Assembly: GCA_965637545.1 (NCBI GenBank)
Contig: OZ281498.1
Location: 4,526,001 to 4,590,000 of the forward strand
Direction: 5' to 3'
Source of the DNA: Phallusia mammillata
Taxonomy: Eukaryota
DNA: 64,000 nt
A program made the translations under genes and the position numbers. Every line of letters begins with the position of its first letter. Within the stretch, counting starts at the first letter, position 1. Of the stretch, positions 25,039 to 37,000 are shown piece by piece. The notes beneath the pieces were generated by a model. That model worked only from the letters and a program-made list of their open reading frames with translations. It did not search any database and was not told where the DNA came from.

Positions 25039-28000
25039 ATGCTACGAGCAAGACTTTACGATGGATTAACATTGTCGAGATGGAGAGTGTTCGTCTTCTG
25101 CATCGTCATTCTCCTCTCGCTTCTCGTTGGCTTTAGTTCTGCCCAGGAAAATTTAGATGCAAGGCAACTTACGCCTGATTTTCGTGGCACAAGAGGTAAG
25201 TGTAAATATGTGTTAAGTTATGTTGCAAAAAAAAAATGAACCGTGTTAATATTACTGTACTTCATTATTGGCTCTCTGTTTCACAATCAAACACGTCGGC
25301 ATCTCAAACACATCTGTGTTTCGTTTGATTTGGCACACAAACACTTGTTTGAATTACATAATCGGGAACAAGTCGGCAAATCACACATTGAATTGAATCC
25401 TTAAAACAACAAATCCGCGTCGGGCTGCGATGTTTTCCTGCCAACGTGGATTCGTCAACCGGCATTCCAACATGCCTGCCACTTAGTGACGTCGTAATAC
25501 GATATCCTCAACCGCTGCCTATAATACGATCTTGAAAGCAACACTTCTGTAATCTCCGCTCTGTGGGGACAGATCTTTACTATATTTATGAGCGGTGGTG
25601 GCCGGGGTTAGGGTTTCACATAGGAACTCTCCAGACCACGTTCTGTTGCCCCAGTGCTGGCATTACGTCAGTTCGATTAGTTAACGCTCGCGCGAGCCTT
25701 TGGTTGCGATTTCCACAGTCTTGTTGTGTCCAAATAAGTTTTGTCCGGCCCCGTTGATCGCACATTGACAAAGGAAGGGTCGTTTATCCCGAAACTTTCT
25801 CGCACGCTCCCGTTTCATCTCGCTTTGTTCGGTCAACCCTTGATGTTTTTACATGTCGGTCTTCAATTGCCAGTGCGCAATCCGACAACGGGAGCGTTTG
25901 TGGTGAAAGCACAACTGAAGCGTTTTGGGGCAGACGATCACTAGAAAAATTCCCGCCCACCTAAACAACCCGAACAGCGCGCAGTTGCTTTAATCTGATG
26001 CGATTCACAACATGCTTGGTGGATTTACAACTTGTGCTACGAATGCAAAGATATGTGACACCGAATGTGACAGGGTGGAAAACATATAAGCTGTACATCC
26101 AATTCTAGAAATCAAGCATAGGTATAAACGTTTTGTAGCATCGTACAAAAATTTGGTATTAAAAATAGTCAACCAATTTGCACTCCCTGCCCAAACGTAC
26201 ATAAATCCGGTTTCCATCGGTTTTTGTTGTTGTTGAATCAATGTGCATTAATATGTGTAGAAAACGTTCGGTAATTTTAATAAAAGCTCGAATAAGACGA
26301 GTAACACCTTAGCCAGGCATTCTCATTTGATGTATTATGAGGTGTTGTCGCTTCCTGCGCACATAAAGGGGCCCCGGATTACAAATGAAAACATCTGTTC
26401 GGTTAATCTGGTTATTTATAACGAGACGGCATGTGAACCGAAAATCTACTCGAAAGTCGACTTTCATGTGGTCATGGTAACTGATTGTGTATGGGGGGCG
26501 CTGGAGGGGAGCAAAGTCGCAGAAATAATACCGACTCACCCGAGCATCTGCAAGCCGAACCTAATTCCGATGCCTTACAATCACAACTGGGCGATTGCCT
26601 TTATGGGGTCGACTTTTCAATGCTTTGGGGAGCCGAACCGGATCGTCACGTCATTGATTGTCCTTTTGAACTTTGAAGTCAAGTGCGTCGATAACGACAT
26701 TTAGATGGTCGATTGTGACGCCAAATGGGCCTCATCAGATCAAGACAGTGACTAAATGATCGCGTCATTCGGGTAGACATTTCCAATCGTAGCGGGGCTG
26801 ATAAAACTTGTCAAATGTTTCACGACGAGTCTCTGATTGCCACTAGACGGTGCCGATTGCGCGGGCAAAGGGCTTGGGAAAAAATTGCCGACATATCTTG
26901 CGTTTGAAGCGACAAAATTGTCCGGCTCGCGTTACGGATAATCGCTGCCACGAAACAATGATCGGTAAGGCGAGAGGCTTTGTAGGAGGTTGTTTGATCT
27001 CAAACCGCCAGAAGCCATATATTTCACATTGACACGAAGCCATGCCGTAATCATTTAAATCTTTACCGCGATAATTTGTTACACCATATGCAAATACGTA
27101 TTTATCCAAACGCATAGAAATTCTACTGTAAACTGTTTTTAAAGCTAAACATAGCTATCGCGGTAACGTGTATCCAAACCTATCTGTGTGGATACATTGT
27201 GGTCGCAACCGCTCGACCTGCGTGGTAAGGAATGCCCAGCAACTCGCCACAAGAAAACAAATCGTATGACGTTGGTACACAAATCTGACCCGACTTCAAA
27301 ACACCGTCTGAAGCGGAGACAACACAATCACGCCAATAGGTGCCATCTTGCATTACCTCAACTTTCCCACCCCCTGGTTTCCTAGCTCGAAGACTTAATT
27401 GTCGCAAACTTAACATGTCGTGGCAACAAGAGTGGTAAGAGGCTAGGTTAAGTCAACAAAAGGCTTAGGTCGTGTTGCCACAAGCAGATTCAATGTTGCA
27501 ACACTCTCCGTAAACCCCGATGTCACGGCGGGCATCCGGTCGTAGTTTGCTTAGTGATAAAATGCGCAACAAGGTACACATTCAGCGCATCAGTCAAAAT
27601 TTCAAAAAAAGAACATAATCTCACCACTTTGGTAATCCTGAATTTACTCAACCCAAAATCAAAGGCCCCGCGTCATTAACCGCGTGCAATTGCTAGGATG
27701 GCGATTATGCCTAACGGCCACAAATAGCTTTGCAACTACACGCAGCAGTTTGATCCGATCTTGTGCGGCCAGAATTTGTTCATCTGATAAGAGTCTGATC
27801 AAACGGGTCGACTCGTTGGCAAGCGGAATATATGCCAGGGCAATTTTCGAATTTCGGCGCCGGGAAAGATTACCCCGCAAGAGGTGACCTTAAGTAAACA
27901 TTGCTATCGGCCCCTCGCTTGAACAGAAATTTTCCCAATTGAAAGCATGGTTCAACTCATAGGATAAGAGTTGATTTTACCAATACAGCGGATAGTGTTT

Positions 28001-31000
28001 CAAATGACCGATTCAAAAGCGCACTGTAAACTTTTGCTTATAAATCAGCAAATCTGTGTCGCCTGGAATGCGGATCAAAACAGTTTGTTGTCATTGTCAA
28101 GATGTAGGGACACCGATTGTGTGGCAATCGGGTTTCGATGCTTTGAAAGGTTTAGCGCTTTAGCGACGTATATAGTCTTGTGTTGCTTTTTGCCTCGCGT
28201 TATACCTTTGTTTGAAACTCCGAAACGTTCCAGTATAAACCTGATCGGCAATAGCTTTGACAAATTTCAACGCAACTTGAATCACTTTTATGACAAGGAG
28301 GACTCGTTACGGAGTTGCGACTTACTTCATTGTACTCTTTGCGGTTTTGTAGCAATAGACGTGAGATATATTGCGCGTCTGATATTAAACTCCCATTCAA
28401 GTCGTAATCCTGGCAACACGGGCAATTCTAAACAAACAGTGTCCAATATCGGTATGTATGTTGGCATTACGTAATGCGATTAGTGAATATTTGTCCTGTA
28501 ATTGGCGGTGGCGGTGCAAAGGAATGTTTTAACCCCATGTTAAAGGCAGTCGCGTGTGAACGTGGAGCAAGCACGTTATTCATGGCACCATATACGTTAA
28601 CCTGATAATTATGATATATTATCACGGGTAGGTTTTCAACGGCTAGATTCTTTGACTGCCAAAACTTCAATAAATCGAGATAATCCAGTCACATATTTTA
28701 CTGTATTAGGTGAGCTGGGAAACGACATTGCAAAATAATTTACACAACAGTCCTTGAGCTTGTTTGGCTATATCCGTTTTTTGTTAATCCGGTAATATAC
28801 AATACTCTTGATATTTAAATTAATGGGCATTGGAAAAACAAACTAAGACAACACAACTAAGTTTCCGTCAGGCTTAAAAGCATATAGACCTAATACCTAT
28901 CTCATTCAGTAATTCACTTTGAAAACAAGGATTTATTGTTTTGTACTTTTTCTTACGATGGTTGATTAACCCACATGAAAAGGGTGACCTTGCGCAGCAC
29001 AGGAAGTGGCAACAAGTGTGTTTTGGGGGTTTAGGGATTATCGTTGGGGCGTCCGCTCCGCCTAGCCGCATTTCCATGTCCAGACGAACAGCTTCTTCGC
29101 ATGTCCTCACGTCTTTCAACACTCGACTGGCAGTGAAACAAAATCGGCTTTAAATGAAACCGACGCCGTGACGTTACAAGGCCGCAAAAATCATTTGCCG
29201 TTTCCGCTTGTCCTTAATGCCGCCGTCGTTGGCCTGGCCTTGCACGCTCGCCGTACACACGTACACACATGCACAGACACGCAGTGAGAAATAAAGGACA
29301 TACGCCGGGCTGAAGGCGTTACGGCGATTCCCATGGCGTTGACCGCATTGACAAATGCGCGCGTCGCGTTCAAGTGGTCGTGGCGCTTGCTAACTGCCTC
29401 ATTATCGTCTACCTGAAATCAGCTAATCACTACCCGGTGTAGCTTTATGACTGTATTGGATGTTTTGGTCGCGCGCGCAAGTAAGGCAGATCGGAGTGCG
29501 TCATACGCGCGCCTTCCTGAAGCTTGTGTGAAGCAGTTGAAGTGCGGGCATGGCCTAATACCAGTTCCCCGCTTCCTGCGCCATGATCCCGCCACTCGGC
29601 AGAAGGAAACCGGAGTCACAAAAAGAAAGTGGGACTTTTTGAACATCCATCCCATGCAATTTTAGCAAGTGTGTTATACGTATTGACTCTCGTACACATA
29701 AGCAGTTTGCACCAAAATCCTTAGGGTACGTTCAGTGCATCCTATCGTCAGCTGTGTGTTACCAGATGAAGGGAGGGTGGTGTACAGTTCGCGGCTCGGA
29801 ACTGATGATCCCACCGGGAATTGCTTCCTATTAAGCTCGTTTAAATGTAACAGTTAAGTTGGATGTGCAGCTCGACCTTCGCTTTTCGGCGGAGGCGGAA
29901 ATTGGCCTGACACCACTGATGTATGGCATATCCTTTCTGGCGAATGAGATCATCGTTAAATTGGAATTCGCGATGCGGGCGCTAATGGCTTCTTGTCCAT
30001 TAACGAAGCGGGAACGAAGCGCAGCACACTCCTATAAACCTCAGAATGTGCCAAAACTGATAACACTACAAACAGAAAGAATTACTAGACGATAATAATG
30101 CTGTGAATTCTTTTTTTGCAAACCTAACTCTATCGTTGAAAAATCAGTCAAAAAGAATTTAACTTGAGTACACGACCATAAATTTGTATGCTGTGGCAGT
30201 AAAAATATTTAAAATTTTTACTACTACATAGAAACAAACCGTGCCAAAAAGCACAGAGAATGACGTTATGTCTCCTGGTGTCGACAAACAGCAATGACGT
30301 AACGACTCCTTGCACGAGAAATCCGAAATAGTTTCCCATGGCCCGCTAACACCTGAGGTTCAGTAAACTGAAATAGTCGATTAGTGCCCGGCCGACCAGC
30401 ATTCCAAGCCGATCCATTAGCATTGGGCGCGTCTCGTCCGGGGGTTGGGGGGTGAGAGGGTGGATTGGGGGACCCGGGGGCGAGGGGTCGGATCTGTCAT
30501 GGACGCAATGCTCCCGATCGCCCTGCCATGGCAACGAAAATCCGTGACACATCAACACAGAATCGATTCAAGTCTTTTAAGGTCTTTTTAGGGAAACAAT
30601 GGCGGGAATCGCAAACAAATGTTTGTGCATAATTTTATTGATATAATTATCCCCTTCCCTCTACTTGTGTCACATAAATATATTGTAGAAGATAGACGCA
30701 ATAAGTCATAGTCTCGACAACATCGGCCCACGTTCAGCAGGTTGATGAACTTTGATACATTTTGGAATTGGTTTACCAGAGCTCTTTTCACTGTGACTAT
30801 CGGACACGGCCAATTACCGCTAGTGACGGGATCACCTCAGTCGCACGCTGCCGCTCACGCCATGCCAGCTTGAAAGACAGGCAAAAGACTGACGCGCGCG
30901 TCCTTTCTTCTGACGTAGCGATGCGAACGAGACGACAGACGTTGGGGAAAATGTCGAGCCTAATATTTTGCGCTGCAAAAACAACGATGACCAGGCATGG

Positions 31001-34000
31001 GTGCACGCACTGTGTTCAAAGATAAACCAATCTCCTGACATATACGGCGCGGGGGGCAGGTGGCCTGGATATTAAATGCGACAAATTAAAGGCTGTTGAC
31101 TTTGCACGGAAATCCTAGCAGACGTGCCATCCTTACGTGTGGAAGACTTTCACGCGGGACGGTCTACTTCTCCGACCAACTCCCCAAGTCGCTTTCCCAT
31201 TCTGCGGGCTATGTTGGAAGAGAACGGGGGCCGAGGAAAGGGGTGCGGGTAGTCTGGGGCTGTTTCCTTCCTGTCTTGGAATAGGATTTGATATCTTCAC
31301 CCATCGCCACATTAACAAAGGGGCCGTTGACACACGACCGACTCGATTGATGCAAAACCTTTAATGAGGAAGCGCTAAGGCCCAGGGGACCCTCAAAAGC
31401 CTCGCAGGGGACATGAAGGGCACACCAGAGGCGGGGAAATTCGGTGCAACAGCAAATTATTTTACGATCAGCATTCCGCCGGAAAATTATTACGATATCT
31501 TTCGATTGCTTTGAACGTTGCGAGACATTTAAAGGATTTACGAGAATTTTACTCGAAACAAATTAGCAACATTTAGCTCTCGAGTGCTGGAGTCCTATGG
31601 CGTTGAGCGGCGAAATAATAACACGGCAGGTGGCAGTTTAAGACAAGATTACGAGCAATAATCCCGTATAATAGGAGGCAATCAACCGGCGTTGGCCAGA
31701 CAAGCACTCACGGCCGACAAGGATGTTCTCCCATTCAATGTATGTCATAACAGTGCGTTGCCTTTTTGGAAACCTCCAATTAGATTTGGAGACTACAACA
31801 CAAAGCGTCGAAAGCATGTTGTTGCGGGTGCCCCGGGATCGGCACCAATTAGCTCCATTGTACGGCCAATCCTTTATGCAAGGCCGGCAAATTAAATTGC
31901 GGAAATCAGTCGTTTGAAATCATGGCCTTCCCAAAAAGCATTATCTTTATTTATACAAAGGGGGAAATAGTGTAGTTTTAGTCAAAGTGTATGTGAAATA
32001 ACCAGAGTTGTTTTCAGTTAGTGCCGCAACAGGACCATATGTTTTTGTGAAGTATACCATGGTTTCGTGACAGCTATTAAACGATCAGACGCTTATAAAT
32101 AATGTATACAGGTATGAATAACATAGAAGAGTAGCCGTGCGTAAAGCCCTTTCAATTGGCAAGTTGACATTGGCCAAGTAATGTGTGCTTTGTTATTCGT
32201 ATAGAATAAGATGAGGTCGCGGCGGAGTGTTGGAATGTGGCTTAATGAATACATATCGTTTGATGTCCGTGTTTCCAAAGTTACAGCGCCGACCATGGGT
32301 CGAAAGACGTAGGTGTTGGCGGAATCATTATGCAGGTGCGCCGGCGAACTTTTTTGCGTTTGGTGCTCAATGACGGCGGTTATGGGTAAGTGATTACACA
32401 AAAGCGTGGGTACGGGATACTAATACATCTGCGCTCGAACGCCAGCGCTGCAGATAAATCTGGGTAAACCACAATGTTTGCGAAGATAAACAGATCACCC
32501 GTTAAAACAGGTGCTATAACTACAGTTGAGTAGCCGCGCGAAGGATGCGTTAATCTCACATTACACACTGTCAGAAGATGTGGGATTTGAAATGGCGTTT
32601 CTCAGTAGACGGTTTGATAGTTCACAGTGGTTGAAATTCGTGCAAACATCGGTGCACCGCAAGACTATGGAGTAAGTCATTGATAGGACAACGCCGGCGT
32701 CGACTCATGACACTATCACAGAGAAGTTTACGTGACAAACGATATATACACAAGGTGCGCCTACAACTTCTGTATACACCTATGGCATGTGATTCCAAAC
32801 CGACGCAAAGTCAACAAAGTACAGGTTTTCTCCAAAAAATGCGTGGTCCGGCCCAATCCGTTTTTTGGCGTCGCGACATCAATCGAATCAGGATTATGTG
32901 CGACGCGCATACTACAGCGAAGAGTCCGTTTCTTTTATCGGTGAAACGCCTCCTTACTTGTCGAAAATATTGTTACACTGTTAATATCGAGTGACACTTG
33001 AAGCTCACTTCACATGTTAGAGTGTTGGCGAACTTTTAGCTCGAGCACAGACGGGAGCTGGACAGCGATAATAGGCCAGCTGCCAATCTGGAGTGCATCG
33101 TCTCTAGGCCAGGCTGTAGTTGCGATTTTTCCAACGTTTTCCCAGGAATTTAGCCCACAAAAACGCAAATATATGAAAAAATAGACAGAAAAGGGTAAAA
33201 TTTTTGTGAGTGACAAATCCCAATGACCCTGTGTATAAAAAAGTATATGAGATAGACCATAAGACGTCAGTATTTATTTTCAACTTTGAGGCAGAGTAAA
33301 GCGCTTTGTCACATGTGCTTATATCTGAATTGTTGCGGGCACGAGCAACTGCAGAGTGGAAGTGATATTTTGACCGTACATACAATCACTTGGCTTCGAC
33401 CGACTACTTATCGTGTCGCATTACCGCAACAATACTCTGGTCTTTTCACTGCGTTACAAGAGATCTTGTGTTGCACGACTCGTGTCAACTACATCTGGAA
33501 AGTGCGAGTCACGGTCAAAGGCTTTGTGTCCCACGCTAAATTGCCCTTAATGCAAGCGAGGGGCCACAGTTGACGTACCGCGAATGGGTAAACGGGAACC
33601 TATTGAAGACGCCGCCATCATGAGAGTTTCAGATATTTAAGCGATTCAAGTGTTTGCAAAGATAAAAACTGACGATAATTTTCCCCTACCATCTTTGTTT
33701 GTGTAATTGTGTACATTTAGTTAATTTAGTCCAAGCGCCAAACCGTGTTGCAAACACCTCGTAATAACCGGTTTCTGCTGCGTATATATAGACTGGCGCT
33801 AAAGGTGTGCCCGATAATACAAACCCAATACACGCACGTTTCGTAAAGTCAGGACGTAAAATTTCATAGCGACACACTTTCACAACGCCTACTGTGGCGC
33901 ATAGGTGTACTGAAAACAGCTGATCGGCCTTATCCGCATGGCCTTAATACTACGACAGTTTAAGGAAGGCGACATCATCCCCCGCACAAATCCAATATGG

Positions 34001-37000
34001 ATCAAGGCGCTGCAGCCATCAGCGCTGTTGGGCTTCACGGTCAGTGGTCGCATAAGGCGTGATGGGTAGATCAGGAAGCGTCAGGCTGGAAATGGTAAAG
34101 TTGAGCGACAGGAATTACGAACCAGATCACACAGCAGGCAAATGTAATTATTTTCCGTAAGTAGTGACAGTTTTTTTTGGATCCCGCGCTTTCCGTTCAG
34201 TGATAGACAGTGGGGGCGGGAAAGCGTATTACGCTAGTCTGTTCCTAAAACAGAGTTGTCAAAGATACAGCTGTGCCTACACACTTTTATGGCAAAGTTT
34301 AATAACAGCGCAGTATTGCGGGCTAGCAGGTCCCGAAGTTTGATTTAGAGTTCAGCCGGAAAAGCTGCAGTATTTTTCCGCGGACGACAAGCAGATTGTG
34401 CCAATGTCGCATCGCCGTCAAAAACACTTCGATAAACGGGAATATCGGTTCGAGCTAAGTAGCGCATAAGCGATTTGTTGCGGTCGTATATTTGAAGTCT
34501 AGACAAATACAATGTAATAATGGTTTCTGTGGCGTATAAATTTCGATATGGGTCGCGACTTCATTGATCTGTGGGTGCAGAAATATCAGCCCTGCATGAA
34601 GTGCGCAGCGCTGCACATTGTTTTGTGGTAATCGGCGCTTTGTCGCGGATAAGGACCGTTAAACCGCGATGATGCGTTCGGCGCGTCTTAGATTTGCGAG
34701 TAAAGTGATAATTTCATGGAAACATGACCTCCAGACCCGTGACCACAAGGAAAACAGCACTGGCGCTCAGCGTGTGGCTTATTGGCGAAGCAAAAGCCCC
34801 TACACAAATAACGACGCGCCGCTGTGAATCATAATTTCTCTCATGCTGGCTGTCAGTTTCGATAATGCGACAGGCGCCGGCGAAATCTAATAAGCACAAA
34901 ATAACTATCTTGTTAACAAAAGACCAACTTCGTGTTGCTGTGATTTTGTGTATCAACCCTGTAGTAATTGCTGTACGCGGTTTTTAAATATGCAAGGGTC
35001 CATACAGTATTCTGCGTTCTGCAGTGTATAATTTCAACCCATTGGTATTTGGTATGATTAGTCGAGTTTTAAACTATAACTGGTGTTTCGGTTGAGAACA
35101 TGTTGCGATGTTCAGCAACATTTTCGAACGAAATCTATTGTTGGGCGTTTCCGTTCGGGCGACGTGTTGTCTGGCGCATCGTTTTCATATGCGCCATCTT
35201 TCTGTTGATCTTGGCCAGAGTTGTCTTTTCATACTGATTGAAATGGAAACTATGTGCTTTGGATACTAATCCGAATCTAATTCTTAGAAAACAGCACACT
35301 CCAAACAGCTTGGTTTTCTTCACAAAGTTTCTGCTTAGGACCGATTACGCCCTATACCCGGAAAAGTTAGAGTTTTGCGCTTTTCTCACGCTAAAATTGC
35401 GGTTTGTCAAGTGTTGACAAGTCGACTTTGTGGCACATTAGTCGTCAAGCGAGCCGAATATTCGAGAAACCCTTTTTTCGAAATGAGGTCAAGATAGTTG
35501 TTGTTGTATGTGGGTTCAGTGGCTTAACCTGGGTTTATTTGTAATCTGAACATAGTTCAAAACTGACCTAGAAATCATTATACACACTCTGCCAGGTGTA
35601 GGTTTTAGTCAAAAGTGGGAAATGCTGATGTAAATGTAGTTGTTGGTGGGCGAAAATCATGCGGTGCGATGAACGTTTCCAATGTCGTCCCCCGCGAACA
35701 ACAGACGACTTGACCAAGAGACAATCTAAACTGAGGAAACGGACACTTGGGTCGCGTACTGTGCGACACCTTTCACAACATGTTGGCGATGATGGGCCAA
35801 CTCAAAGAAACGACTCCGCGTTTCCTTTTATGTCGGAAGCGATCTACCAACGCCTACAAACGGCGAGCGACAAAGGACTCGACTCTACGCCTGGACTTGA
35901 ATTTAGGGTGCACTTGCAAGATGAAAGTGTTCCTTTGATTAGATACATTCACTCAAAACTGACATGCTCTGTAAGACACGCAAAGAATAATTGTGGCACA
36001 CAATTAAATAAACGTACGATATGTTTTCACGAGAACAATTCCAAAGGACACGACAGACAAGTGCTCCCCACATTCTGTGTACCAAGAACAGAACATAGCA
36101 ACTTGAATGAAATACGTCTTAGGGTGAAGTTAAAACAACAACGTAAATCGGGCGTTGGTAATTGCCACAAAGCCCTTGGACTAATTGTCATGTTATTTCT
36201 ACCGATGTTTCACTTCGCGGAAGCCTCTCATCTTTCCTATGGTCGAAGGTTGCGCAGGTGGCACCGGTTACCTCGTTATACCCCAATGCCACATGACTTG
36301 GCGCAGCCGGTTGTAACACCACCTGAAGGAGTTACACTTTCGAATAAAAGTAAGTCTCCCTGCACGCATGCAGAACGCCCGATTTTCTAATAATGTTATC
36401 ACTGATGATAAAGCAGCGCCACAATCTGACATTTGACAAGCTTTAGCAAGTTCGCAAGCATGGCCGTTTTCCAACACTTATCGTTCCTTGCGACCACCAT
36501 GAGAAGTATTAGGTGCGATTATGCGAAAAACCCAAACAAACTGTCAATAGGTGGTCATAAGCAAAACCGCCTGTATTGCTCTTACTTGCGGGAGGATGTT
36601 TTCCTCGCGGTGTTAAAACCCAGCGACCCGAAAAAAACACAAACACTGATTGACTCGGGAATGCGCCTAATGGTTTTTTGGGCCAGGGGGAAACTAAATG
36701 TATGTTTTGCGAATATTATGTTCGCGACTTTGGACGTGATTTCCACAGAAAACCAATGGTTTCCTTGCTTGCATGTCGGGAAAGCTAAACACAATAATTG
36801 ACACTGTTCACATTTTCCAATGCTGTCTGCCACTGTTCCACGACAGGTAGGCCTTTATTTAAAGGTCAACCACCACACAAAGCATCCATTGTCGAGATCA
36901 AACACAAATCAACAAAATCTACATTTGCTGTTACGACACGACACCCGCATATTAAAACACAAAATTGCTCTCTTTTTACAAGAATTGTGACAAAGTTTAT

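Noticed and set aside
26327-27240. Other intron-1 ORFs (125 aa; 60-65 aa with phase-1 GTAAGG donors)
   Set aside because: No ATG-plus-hydrophobic leader, or no suitable donor; not counted as first exons.
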